Of a stretch of 32,384 bases of DNA, positions 1 through 9,190 are shown in pieces. The notes below the pieces were generated by a model. It searched no databases, was not told the DNA's origin, and saw nothing but the letters and a program-made list of their open reading frames with translations. The first letter of the stretch is position 1; every line of letters starts with the position of its first letter. Source of the DNA: Nitriliruptoraceae bacterium (GTDB lineage Bacteria > Actinomycetota > Nitriliruptoria > Nitriliruptorales > Nitriliruptoraceae); contig SKNP01000165.1 of NCBI GenBank assembly GCA_007120485.1, positions 1 to 32,384 of the forward strand, in the 5' to 3' direction. Made by a program: the position numbers and the translations under genes.

Positions 1-2
1 AC

Positions 3-1295
3 GTCCCCGGCCGCGTCGTCGACCTCGTCGATCGCTCGCTGGTGCACCGGGTGAGCGATGGCGGTCCCGCCCGCTTCCACCTGCTCGAGACCGTGCGGAC
101 CTTCACGAGCGATCGGCTCGCCGCCTCCGACGTGCACCGCCGGACCGTCGAGCGGTTCGTGCGTGCCCACGTCGACCTCGCCGAGCGCATCGACCAGGGC
201 CTGCGCGGACCCGACGAGTCTGCGTGGGCCGACGTGCTCGACCGGCAGCTCCCCAACCTCGAGGCAGCGCACGGCCACGCCCAGCAGCTGGGCGACGTCG
301 ACGCGGTGGTGCGCATCGCCGTCGCGCCGTACCTGGTCGTCTACCACCGGTTGCGCGCGGACGTCGGCGTCTGGGCCGAGCGAGCCCTGCCGATGGCACA
401 ACGGGTCGACCATCCCCTGACGCCGGCCGTCGCTGCCGTCGTCGCCCTCAACCGCCTCTACCGGGGGGACCTCGACGGCGTGGCGGACCTGCTCCGCGAT
501 CCGCCCGACGACCCGGTCGCCCGCCATGCACACGAGGTGCTGGGCGACCTGCACCTCTACCGCGGCGAGCTGGACGCCGGGCTGGCGCACTTCCGGACCG
601 CGGAGGACCTGGCACGCCGCGTCGGAGACGACTTCACCGTGCTGCACAGCCGCATGAGCCAGAGCATGATCATCGGCTACCTGGGCCACCTCGACGAGGG
701 CCTGGAGCTCATCGACGCCGTACGACGCGAAGCATCCGCGACGCGGGTGCCCATGGTCGCCGCCTGGTGCGACTTCACCGAAGGCGAGCTGCTGGCGGAG
801 TCACAGCCACAGCGGGCCCTCGAGCTGGTCGATCGGATGGTCGAGGTAGCGGACCGTGCCGGCTGGCGGATGGGCGCAGGCGTCGCCCGCCTGACCGCCA
901 GCTCGCTGAGGGCCAGGGTGGCGGACCCCGCTGACGCCGTCCCCGGCTTCGAGCGGCTGATCCGCCACTGGGACCGTGTCGGCGATGAGACGCACCAATG
1001 GACCACCCTGCGCAACCTCATCGAGCTGCTCACCCGCCTCGGAGCCCACGCGCCGGCGGCGCGTCTGCTCGGGGCGGTCAGCACGGCCACGCGACCGACG
1101 TTCGGTCCCGAACGTCGGCGGCTCGAGGAGGCCCGTGACGCGATGCGGGCGCGCCTCGGCGAGGACGCGGACGCACTCGTCGAGGTGGGCCGTACGGACG
1201 ATCTCGCCGCGGCGGTCGGGTTGGCACTCGCCACGCTGGGCGAGCTGGCGGATGCGGACGGCGGCGCCTGCGCACGGCGAGACCCCGACAGCTAG
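3..1295 (+). CDS. C-terminal part of an AfsR/SARP-like or other STAND ATPase-TPR regulator (5'-truncated by window edge)
   Basis: Frame is open from position 3 (VPGRVVDLVDRSLVH...). The motif LVDRSLV...RFHLLETVRTF followed by Ala/Leu-rich helical repeats is typical of actinobacterial NB-ARC-like regulators. No C-terminal LuxR HTH. Confidence 0.8.
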   Translation, partial: VPGRVVDLVDRSLVHRVSDGGPARFHLLETVRTFTSDRLAASDVHRRTVERFVRAHVDLAERIDQGLRGPDESAWADVLDRQLPNLEAAHGHAQQLGDVDAVVRIAVAPYLVVYHRLRADVGVWAERALPMAQRVDHPLTPAVAAVVALNRLYRGDLDGVADLLRDPPDDPVARHAHEVLGDLHLYRGELDAGLAHFRTAEDLARRVGDDFTVLHSRMSQSMIIGYLGHLDEGLELIDAVRREASATRVPMVAAWCDFTEGELLAESQPQRALELVDRMVEVADRAGWRMGAGVARLTASSLRARVADPADAVPGFERLIRHWDRVGDETHQWTTLRNLIELLTRLGAHAPAARLLGAVSTATRPTFGPERRRLEEARDAMRARLGEDADALVEVGRTDDLAAAVGLALATLGELADADGGACARRDPDS

Positions 1296-1381
1296 ATCCG
1301 GGTCAGGTGCGCGGTCGCGTCACCATCCCACAGCTCCACAACCCTCGGCTCGGTCCGGTTGCCACGTACCGACCGGCGGTG

Positions 1382-2773
1382 TCAGCCGGTGTGCGCGACG
1401 GGGACGCTGTAGCTGACGGTCGTGCCCTGACCTGCCGTGCTGGCGATGTCGATGGTCCCCCCCTGGCCCTCGACGAGCATCTTGGTGACGTACAGACCCA
1501 GGCCGGTGCCACTGACCTTGTCGGACTCGTGGCTCTCGAGGCGGGCGAAGGGCTCGAACAACCGGTTCAGCTCAGGGGCGGCGATGCCGCGCCCCTGGTC
1601 GCTGATGTGGACCAGCAAGCGATCCCTGCGACGTTCGATCCCCACGGAGATGGGCGTGCCAGCTGGTGAGAACTTCGCGGCGTTCGACAGCAGGTTGTGC
1701 AGGACCTGCACCTGACGGTCGGCGTCAGCGAGCACCGGCGGCAGATCTGGGTCTGCGGAGACCTCGACGGTCCGGCCTCGGGTCTGGCGGATCTCGGTCG
1801 CGACCTCGCCGACGAGGGCAGGAAGGTCGACGGGGGCGAGGTCGTAGCGGAACCGGTCCGACTCGAGCTGCGCGACGGTGAGGATGTCATCGAGGAGACG
1901 TTCGATGCGCTCGGTGTTGCGCATGATCGTGGCCAGGAAGTCCGCGAGCCGCGCCGGATCGAGCTCGGCTCTGCGCTCCTGCAGCACCTCGGTCAGGCCC
2001 GAGATCACCGTGGTCGGTGTGCGGATGTCGTGGACGATCGTCGCCGTGAAGTCTTGCCGGGCTCGTGCCCGGTTCGCGGCGTCGCGCAGCTCCCTTCGAA
2101 GCGCAGCTCGCTCGCGACGCACCGCCTGGTGGTCCACGGCGCGCGCGACGGCTTCTTGCTGGAGGACCTGGCCGAGGTGCGCGCGTCCGGGCGGCACCTC
2201 GGACCGGAACGGATCGCCGTGGACGAGCCCCGTATGCGCATCACAGACCTTCTGCAGCGCTGCGGCATCGGCATCCTGATCGCCGAACAGTGCCGTCGGG
2301 TAGGCACACATCAGGACGAACGGTCGGTCCTGGGCGAGTTCGTCGGCCAACTCCTCGACGTGCATCGCCGGGGTCACCTCGCCACGTTCCCACAGTCGGC
2401 CAGCGAGTTCGGCGTAGACACGGACGTGACGGCCCGCTTGGAGGTGCTCGTCGAGCGCGCCGTCCACCGTGGCCCGGAACCGGTCCCGATCCGCCGCGCC
2501 GTCGTGCAGGATGGACGCCAGCACCGCATCGACGTCCAGGAACACGCACCGGTCGGACTCCGGGTCGATCCCTGCGGCGGTCAGTGCCGCGACGATGCCC
2601 GCTTGGTGGTCTGGCGTCGCGACCACGACCGCTGCATTGTCGACGTCACGTAACGAGGGGGTGACGAAGTCCACGACGTTCGCCACCAGATCCGTCCGGG
2701 TCGCGAAGAACCCGGCCAGATGTGCGTACTGCCCAGCCGAGACGTTCGCGCCAGGTTCCACCCTCGTGGACAT
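1382..2773 (-). CDS. Cytoplasmic sensor histidine kinase with N-terminal MEDS domain
   Basis: MEDS-like N-terminus (RVYAELAGRLW...LMCAYP), H-box VHDIRTP, N-box NLLSNAAKF, G1 DQGRGI, G2 GTGLGL. ATG at 2773 chosen; the ORF track extends to GTG 2833. Confidence 0.88.
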   Translation of the reverse strand: MSTRVEPGANVSAGQYAHLAGFFATRTDLVANVVDFVTPSLRDVDNAAVVVATPDHQAGIVAALTAAGIDPESDRCVFLDVDAVLASILHDGAADRDRFRATVDGALDEHLQAGRHVRVYAELAGRLWERGEVTPAMHVEELADELAQDRPFVLMCAYPTALFGDQDADAAALQKVCDAHTGLVHGDPFRSEVPPGRAHLGQVLQQEAVARAVDHQAVRRERAALRRELRDAANRARARQDFTATIVHDIRTPTTVISGLTEVLQERRAELDPARLADFLATIMRNTERIERLLDDILTVAQLESDRFRYDLAPVDLPALVGEVATEIRQTRGRTVEVSADPDLPPVLADADRQVQVLHNLLSNAAKFSPAGTPISVGIERRRDRLLVHISDQGRGIAAPELNRLFEPFARLESHESDKVSGTGLGLYVTKMLVEGQGGTIDIASTAGQGTTVSYSVPVAHTG

Positions 2774-3049
2774 GCGGTCACTCGCCCCCAGACCGGATCC
2801 ATCGGTCAACACCGATCGGATCCCGAACCTCACTGTACGCCCCTGCCGAGAGCACCGAAACTCCCGACACCGCCGACATCGGCCGCAGGGCTCGGGCTGG
2901 ATCGGCCCCTCCGGTCCACCCTGGCTACCGCTGCACGCGTCCGAGCAGGTGGCTGCCGTCCCCGTCGGTCACCGTGGGGAACCAGGAGTCGGCGGCGACC
3001 GTCGCGTAGCCTGACGGGACGGACAGCATCCGGCAGGGGGCTCTGCGGT

Positions 3050-3850
3050 ATCGATCCGGCCCAGTTCTACACCGGCCTCGTGTCGCGCCTCTACGGACCC
3101 TTGCGTGGGCGTATCGATGACGACGTGGGACCCTGCGCGCGCTTCATCGCGCAGGCAGGACAGCCGGCGCTCGAACTCGGCTGCGGTGACGGCGATCCGT
3201 TGCTCGGGCTCCGGGAACGTGGGCTGGATGTCGATGGGCTCGACAGCTCCGCCGACATGCTCGCACGCTGCCGTGCCGCCGCAGCCGCGCGCAGCCTGGA
3301 GGTGACCGTTTACCACCAGGCGATGGAGGAGATGGATCTGCCCCGTGCCTACCGGGCGATCTTCCTCGCCGGACCGACCTTCACCCTGCTCCCCGACGAC
3401 CACGCGGCGCGTCGTACGCTCGAACGGATCCGGGACCACCTCACCGCGGATGGGTTGGCTCGCATCCCGCTGTTCGTGCCCGAGCCGGCCCGACCGGAGA
3501 CGATCGGCACCACGAAGACGCACACCACGCCCGAGGGTGAGCACATGCACGTGACCGCGGTCGCCCAGGATCGTGACGAGACCGCGCGGGTCCAGACCAC
3601 GCAGCTTCGCTACGAGCTTCACACGCCGAACGGTCAGGTCGAGGTCGTTGAACGACCGTGGCGGCTCCACTGGTACACCCAGAGCGGGTTCCGCGACCTC
3701 GCCTCGCGTGCCGGGCTGGACGTTCGGGCGGTCATCGGCCCGAACGGCGCGACCGCCACGGCCGGCGACCCATCGTTCGACGTCATCCTCGCGTTACCGA
3801 GCCCTCCGACGGCGAACCCCGCCGCGATCGACGCCGGCGCGCGGATGTAG
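3050..3850 (+). CDS. Class I SAM-dependent methyltransferase (start codon uncertain)
   Basis: Motif I LELGCGDG, then GLDSSADML. Protein-like sequence begins at IDPAQFYTGLV (ATC 3050); the next canonical in-frame start is GTG 3080. Confidence 0.82.
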   Translation: MDPAQFYTGLVSRLYGPLRGRIDDDVGPCARFIAQAGQPALELGCGDGDPLLGLRERGLDVDGLDSSADMLARCRAAAAARSLEVTVYHQAMEEMDLPRAYRAIFLAGPTFTLLPDDHAARRTLERIRDHLTADGLARIPLFVPEPARPETIGTTKTHTTPEGEHMHVTAVAQDRDETARVQTTQLRYELHTPNGQVEVVERPWRLHWYTQSGFRDLASRAGLDVRAVIGPNGATATAGDPSFDVILALPSPPTANPAAIDAGARM

Positions 3851-3882
3851 CCCCAGCACGAGCCAGCCACCGTCCGTCCAGG

Positions 3883-5289
3883 TCACCCCAACCCGAGCGC
3901 GGGCGGCGGCCACGTCGGTGCGGCCGCAGCGGGACGGGCCCGCTCGAAGAACGCGGCGGCGGCCAACGCCGTGTCATCAGCGAAGCGGCGTGCGGCCAGC
4001 TGCACCCCGATCGGTTTGCCCTCGGTGGTGAACCCGGCGTTGACGGTCGCCGCAGGCTGATGGGAGAAGTTGTACGGCACGGTGAAGGCGATGTGTTCCA
4101 TCGTGCGGGTGTGGTCGTCGGTCGGGGCGTGCCACTCGGCCGGGTAGGTCGGCACCGGCGCCACCGGCGACAGCACCAGGTCGTAGGTGGACGTGGCCGC
4201 CAGCGTCGCCTGGCCGACCTCCAGCATCCGGTTGAGACAGCGCATCACCACCACGCCCGGTACGTCCGCGCCGCCGCGACACCAGTCCGCGATGTAGGGC
4301 AGGACGGCGTGCTGCCGGTCGTGGTCCAGGGCCGTGAACTCCGCCCAGCCACGGACCCGCCAGAGCAGGTCGAGGTCGTCGAGCATCTCCCGGTCGAAGA
4401 ACGGGTCGATCCGCTCGACGGTCGCGCCAGCGTCCGCGAACACCACGGCCGCGGCGTCCACCGCCGCACCGACCTGCGCATCCACGGGCAGACCGCAGCC
4501 CGCGTCGGGCAGGACCGCGACGCGCCAGCCCGCCACCTCGACGTCGTCGACGTTCAGGTCCAGCTCCTGCGACGGGAGGCTGGTCGGGTCGCGCTCATCG
4601 GGCCCGGACAGCACCGACAGCAGCAGCGTGGCGTCGGCGACCGTGCGCGTCATCGGGCCGGGCGCCCGGCCGTAGTAGGGCGGGTCGGTCGGGGCCCGCC
4701 CCCAGCTGGGTTTGAGGCTGGCCAGACCTGACCACCCGGCGGGCAGCCGCACCGACCCGCCGATGTCGCTGCCGATGTGCAGCGGGCCGTAGCCGGCTGC
4801 CGCGGCTGCTGCTGCCCCGGCGCTCGAGCCGCCGGGGTTCCACTCCGGGTTCCACGCGTTGCGGGTCAACGGATGGAAGCTCGACCGTCCTGAGGAGAGC
4901 ATCCCCATGTCCGGCATCGTGGTCTTGGCCAACAGCACCGCTCCCGCCGCCCGGGTGCGCTCGGCGGGCGGCCCGTCCGTCGTGGCGGGCACCAGGCGCG
5001 TCGCCGCCGTCCCGCCCGGCACCGGGGTACCGCGGGTCGCGATGTTCTCCTTGATCGTGATGGGCACCCCGTCCAGCGGGCCACGGGGCTCCCCCGCCTG
5101 CCAGCGCCGCTCGCTGGCTCGGGCCGCAGCGCGAGCCCCGTCCGGGTCGGGTGCGTACAGTGCCTGCAGGGTGGGCTCGACCGCCTCGATACGGGCGTGG
5201 ACGGCGTCGACCACCTCGACGGGCGAGAACGTCCCCTCGCGGTAGCCGACCAGCAGGTCGGTCGCCGGCAGATCTGCCAGATCGGTCAC
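3883..5289 (-). CDS. Amidase-signature family amidase
   Basis: GVPITIKEN (catalytic Lys), PGGSSAGAAAA and GSDIGGSVRLPA (Ser-cisSer-Lys triad). SD GAGGGAG upstream of the GTG start. Confidence 0.93.
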   Translation of the reverse strand: MTDLADLPATDLLVGYREGTFSPVEVVDAVHARIEAVEPTLQALYAPDPDGARAAARASERRWQAGEPRGPLDGVPITIKENIATRGTPVPGGTAATRLVPATTDGPPAERTRAAGAVLLAKTTMPDMGMLSSGRSSFHPLTRNAWNPEWNPGGSSAGAAAAAAAGYGPLHIGSDIGGSVRLPAGWSGLASLKPSWGRAPTDPPYYGRAPGPMTRTVADATLLLSVLSGPDERDPTSLPSQELDLNVDDVEVAGWRVAVLPDAGCGLPVDAQVGAAVDAAAVVFADAGATVERIDPFFDREMLDDLDLLWRVRGWAEFTALDHDRQHAVLPYIADWCRGGADVPGVVVMRCLNRMLEVGQATLAATSTYDLVLSPVAPVPTYPAEWHAPTDDHTRTMEHIAFTVPYNFSHQPAATVNAGFTTEGKPIGVQLAARRFADDTALAAAAFFERARPAAAAPTWPPPALGLG

Positions 5290-5340
5290 GGTGCGGGCTC
5301 CCTCGTCGCCTCGCGGCTTCGCGTCGCTCGTCTCTGCGGG

Positions 5341-6123
5341 TCAGGCCGGTGGTTCGAACCGGCCGTCGATCGCGGTCCAGCCGCCGTCGACGGTGACCAC
5401 GCTGCCGGTCACGAAGCTGCTCGCGTCCGACGCGAGGTAGACCACCGCACCGGCCAGTTCGCTCGGCTGCGCCCACCGGTTGAGCGCCGTCTTGGACGCG
5501 TAGGCCTGGTACCAGTCCGGATCCTGGGTGATCGGCGCGGTCAGCGGCGTCTCCACGATCCCGGGCGCGATCGCGTTGCAGCGGACCCCTTGTGGGCCGA
5601 GCTCAGCGGCCGCGGTGCGCAACAACTGGATCAGGCCGGACTTGGTGGCGGCGTACACGCCCTGGCCCGGCTCCACGGTCTGGGCGCGGATCGAGGAGAA
5701 CCCGATGATGCTGCCGCCGCCACGGGCCACCATGGTGCGACCGAACGAGCGGATCAGGTCGAACGCGCCCCGCAGGTTGAGATCGACGACCCGATCGAAC
5801 TCCGAACGCTCGTAGTCGAGCAGCCGCTTGCGGACGTTGATCGCGGGGGTGAAGACCAGCACATCGACGTCGGCGTGTTCCTCGGCGACGGCCGCGATCT
5901 GCGCGCCGTCGACCAGGTCCAGGTGCGCCCCGGTGGCCTGCGCTCCCGCGTCGTCCCGTGCCGCCTGCGCGGTGGCCGTCGCGGCATCGGTGTCACGGTC
6001 GAGGCAGAGCACCTCGGCGCCGTGGGCGGCCAGCGCCAGCGCGGCCTCCCGACCGATCCCGGCGCCGGCGCCGACGACGGCGGCGCGCCGGCCGTCCAGC
6101 CGGAACAGCTGCTCATAGCTCAC
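5341..6123 (-). CDS. Short-chain dehydrogenase/reductase (classical SDR)
   Basis: GAGAGIG Rossmann motif, SS...YAATK catalytic motif, NAIAPG, VDGG. GTGA overlap with the upstream gene's stop. Confidence 0.93.
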   Translation of the reverse strand: MSYEQLFRLDGRRAAVVGAGAGIGREAALALAAHGAEVLCLDRDTDAATATAQAARDDAGAQATGAHLDLVDGAQIAAVAEEHADVDVLVFTPAINVRKRLLDYERSEFDRVVDLNLRGAFDLIRSFGRTMVARGGGSIIGFSSIRAQTVEPGQGVYAATKSGLIQLLRTAAAELGPQGVRCNAIAPGIVETPLTAPITQDPDWYQAYASKTALNRWAQPSELAGAVVYLASDASSFVTGSVVTVDGGWTAIDGRFEPPA

Positions 6124-7241
6124 GTTGCACTCTCCTGGGTCTGTGTGGCGGTGGTCGGTGAGCCACCCACCGCCGAGGGGAACCGGTCGCGGTAGCTGTG
6201 CCAGCTGCCGGCCGGGGTGGACGTCGAGGTGGCAGCCAGCAGCGCATGGGCGGTGGCCCGGCTGATGGTGTCAGCACCGGCGGCCAGGATGGCCTGGAGC
6301 CGGACGAAGTCAGGTCCCGACCCGGTGCCGGTCGCGACGGCGAACACGGTGTCGCCGTCGATCATCGAGTGGGCCGGTCGGATCGCCCGCGCCAGCCCGT
6401 CCTGTCCGACGCCCGCCAGCTTGGCAGCGTGCGCCTTCGACAGGGTCGCGTCGGTCGCGATCACGGCCAGGGCGGTGTTGAGGCTGGCTTCGCCCGCGAT
6501 CTCGGCCAGGTGCGCCTCGAGCTCCGCCGGCACCGGCGGCCGCAGGTGGTCGAACTCCCCAGCGAGCCCGACGCGAGCGCCGGCGAGCTCGCCCGTCACC
6601 GGGTCGACGGTCGACCCGGCGGCGTTGCAGACGACCAACGCGGCGATCGTGGTGCCGTCAGCGAGCCGCACGCTGGCGGTCCCGAGCCCACCGCGCAGCC
6701 CACCAGCGACGGCCCCCGTGCCCGCCCCGACGTTGCCGGACGCGACGGGCTGGCCGACGCCGGCAGCTGCCGCGGCGTCATGCGCTGCAGCCCCGAAGCC
6801 GGCATCGGGCCGGTTGCTCGCCACCCCACCGCGACCGACGTCGAACAGCGCCGCCGTCGGCACGATCGGCACGGTGACCGGAGGCGGGGCGACGCCGTCG
6901 GGCCCGGGCGCTTGGACCACCTGCACACCGACGCCACGAGCTTCCAGCCGCGCCATCACCCCATCGGCGGCGGCGAGACCGAAGGCGCTCCCGCCGGTGA
7001 GCACCAGCGCGTGGACCCGCTCGACCGCAGCCGTCGGGTCGAGCAGGTCGGTCTCGCGGGTCGCCGGTCCCCCGCCGCGGACATCGACGCCGGCGACCGC
7101 GCCGTCCTGGCCCAACAGCACCACCGTGGTGCCCGACAACCACCCATCGCCGATCGCGGTGTGGTGGCCGACGCGAACCCCGGCGACGTCGGCCAACGAG
7201 TTGGTCGGCCCCGGCTGCGGTTGGTCGACGGCGGTGGTCAT
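6120..7241 (-). CDS. Peptidase S58/P1 family Ntn hydrolase (DmpA/ThnT-like)
   Basis: DVRGGGPATRETDLLDP, LTGGSAFGL, GNVGAGTGA, putative N|T autoproteolysis site (LNTALAVIATD), HSMIDGDTVF. ATG at 7241. Confidence 0.9.
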   Translation of the reverse strand: MTTAVDQPQPGPTNSLADVAGVRVGHHTAIGDGWLSGTTVVLLGQDGAVAGVDVRGGGPATRETDLLDPTAAVERVHALVLTGGSAFGLAAADGVMARLEARGVGVQVVQAPGPDGVAPPPVTVPIVPTAALFDVGRGGVASNRPDAGFGAAAHDAAAAAGVGQPVASGNVGAGTGAVAGGLRGGLGTASVRLADGTTIAALVVCNAAGSTVDPVTGELAGARVGLAGEFDHLRPPVPAELEAHLAEIAGEASLNTALAVIATDATLSKAHAAKLAGVGQDGLARAIRPAHSMIDGDTVFAVATGTGSGPDFVRLQAILAAGADTISRATAHALLAATSTSTPAGSWHSYRDRFPSAVGGSPTTATQTQESAT

Positions 7242-7303
7242 GCGGGCTCCAGCAGGTCGGATCGGGCGGCGGCATCCGGCAGATCGGATCGGGCGGCGGT
7301 CAT
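7238..7303 (-). CDS. Putative 21-aa mini-ORF MTAARSDLPDAAARSDLLEPA, ATGA-overlapped with both neighbours
   Basis: Its ATG (7303-7301) overlaps the ABC ATPase TGA (7302-7300), and its TGA (7240-7238) overlaps the S58 ATG (7241-7239). It contains an imperfect 27-bp tandem repeat. Confidence 0.45.
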   Translation of the reverse strand: MTAARSDLPDAAARSDLLEPA

Positions 7304-8187
7304 GACGGCTCCGGCGGGTCGCGCCGGACGAGCGACTCCGACGCGGTGTCCGACGGGACGTCGCGCAGCAGCGTCGAGGGTGTCGCCCCGTCCAGCGCCC
7401 GTCGCAGCGTCGGGACCGCGGCGACCAACGCCTGGGTGTAGGGGTGCTGCGGTTCGGAGGCGATCGCCTCCGCCGAGCCACGTTCCACCAGTTGACCGGT
7501 CCGCATCACCGCGACCGTGTCGCACACGTGCCGGACCACGGCGAGGTCGTGGGAGACGAACACCAGCGTGAGGTCGAACCGTTCGACCAGGTCCTGGAGC
7601 AGGTTGAGGATCTGCGCCCGGACGGAGACATCCAGGGCGCTGACCGGTTCGTCGGCGAGCAGCACCGACGGACGGACCGCCAGCGCGCGGGCGATCGCGA
7701 TGCGTTGGCGTTGGCCGCCGGAGAACTGGTGTGGGTAGCGCGACGCCGATCCGCGGGGCAACCCGACGGCGTCGAGCAGCTCGTCGACGCGCTCGTGGCT
7801 GCCCGGCGCCCGTTGGGCGACCAGCGGCTCGGCGATCAGCTCGCGGACCCGCATCCGTGGATCCAGGGACGCCATCGGGTCCTGGAAGACGACCTGCACG
7901 TCGCCGCGGAGGAACCTCAGCTGTCGGTCGCGTCGGCCCACCAGCTCCTGACCACGGAACCGAACCGACCCGGACGTGGGCTGCTGGAGCGCGGCCAGGC
8001 ACCGCAGCAGGGTCGACTTGCCGGACCCGGATTCACCGACCAGCCCGAACCGCTGGCCAGCGGTCACCTGCAGGTCGACGCGATCGACCGCCGTCAACGA
8101 CGGGCTGCGGTGCCGCAGCGAGGTCCGTGGCTGCCGGAACCGGCAGACCAGGTCGCGGACGTCGTAGATCACCTCCGGCTCAGCCAT
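7300..8187 (-). CDS. Opp/Dpp-type ABC transporter ATP-binding subunit (OppF/DppF-like)
   Basis: Walker A GESGSGKS, VFQDP, FSGGQRQR, LLADEPVSALD, SHDL, HPYT. ATG at 8187. Confidence 0.94.
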   Translation of the reverse strand: MAEPEVIYDVRDLVCRFRQPRTSLRHRSPSLTAVDRVDLQVTAGQRFGLVGESGSGKSTLLRCLAALQQPTSGSVRFRGQELVGRRDRQLRFLRGDVQVVFQDPMASLDPRMRVRELIAEPLVAQRAPGSHERVDELLDAVGLPRGSASRYPHQFSGGQRQRIAIARALAVRPSVLLADEPVSALDVSVRAQILNLLQDLVERFDLTLVFVSHDLAVVRHVCDTVAVMRTGQLVERGSAEAIASEPQHPYTQALVAAVPTLRRALDGATPSTLLRDVPSDTASESLVRRDPPEPS

Positions 8188-9190
8188 GCGGTGCCCCGCT
8201 CGGGTACCAGCAGGCCACACCGTGGTCCTCGCGGCCGGTCCAGCCCGGCCAGACCGTGCACGCCTCGTCGCCACGCGGGCACCGGTTGCGGAACACGCAG
8301 CCGCTCGGGAAGCGTCCGTCCGGGGGCACCGCGCCGGGGATCGTCGGCAACCGTCCCTGATCGTCGACCGCCTCGAGATCGGAGGCAGCCAGCAGCCCTT
8401 CGGTGTACGGGTGGCGAGGACGCGTCAGCAGCTGATGGGTCGGCCCGGCCTCCACGATCCGCCCGCCGTACAACACCAGCAGCCGCTCGCACACGGTCGC
8501 GACCACCGGCAGGTCGTGGCTGATGAACAGCAGCCCGGAGGTGCGGTCGGCGACGCCGGCAGCGATCAGCTGCAGCATCTGTGCCTGGACCGTGACATCC
8601 AGCGCCGTGGTCGGCTCGTCGCAGATCAGCACGTCCGGGCCGTTGGCCAGCGCCATCGCGAGCATGACCCGCTGCCGCTGCCCACCGGAGAGCTGGTGGG
8701 GGTAGCGCCGGGCGATCCGCACCGGGTCGGGCAGCTCCACGTCCGCCAGCAGCTGCTGGGCACGTCGCGTCGCATCCTCGCGATCGTCGACGGTCCCGTG
8801 GATCCGCAGCACCTCGGCGACCTGGTGGCCGACGCGCATCAACGGGTTGAGCGCGGTCATCGGCTCCTGGAACACCATGCCCAGGCGGCGACCGCGTAAG
8901 CCCGAGCGTTCGCGTTCACCGATGCGGAGCAGGTCGGTCTCGACCCCGCGCAACTGGACCGTGCCACCGGCGGTGAGCCCCTCGGGCAGCAACCCCATCA
9001 CGGCCAGAGCGGTCAGGGACTTCCCCGACCCGGACTCCCCGATCAGGCCGACCCGCTCCCCCGGTCCCAGCGAGAAGGTCACGTCCTCCAACAGGGTGTG
9101 CCCACCCGTGGCCACGGTCAGGTCGCGGACCTCCAGCACGGACACGCTCGGGTCCTGTGGGTGGGCGGCGGCCAGGGCGTCCGCGCTCAC
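8180..9190 (-). CDS. Opp/Dpp-type ABC transporter ATP-binding subunit (OppD/DppD-like, with oligo_HPY C-terminus)
   Basis: GESGSGKS, LSGGQRQR, DEPTTALDVTVQ, HPYTEGLL, and a Cys-rich tail (GCVFRNRC...C...VAC). Confidence 0.95.
   Translation of the reverse strand: MSADALAAAHPQDPSVSVLEVRDLTVATGGHTLLEDVTFSLGPGERVGLIGESGSGKSLTALAVMGLLPEGLTAGGTVQLRGVETDLLRIGERERSGLRGRRLGMVFQEPMTALNPLMRVGHQVAEVLRIHGTVDDREDATRRAQQLLADVELPDPVRIARRYPHQLSGGQRQRVMLAMALANGPDVLICDEPTTALDVTVQAQMLQLIAAGVADRTSGLLFISHDLPVVATVCERLLVLYGGRIVEAGPTHQLLTRPRHPYTEGLLAASDLEAVDDQGRLPTIPGAVPPDGRFPSGCVFRNRCPRGDEACTVWPGWTGREDHGVACWYPSGAPHG

Noticed and set aside
7242..7481. Longer start for the S58 hydrolase (453 aa)
   Set aside because: It overlaps the ABC ATPase out of frame and is Arg-rich nonsense; ATG 7241 fits the family N-terminus.
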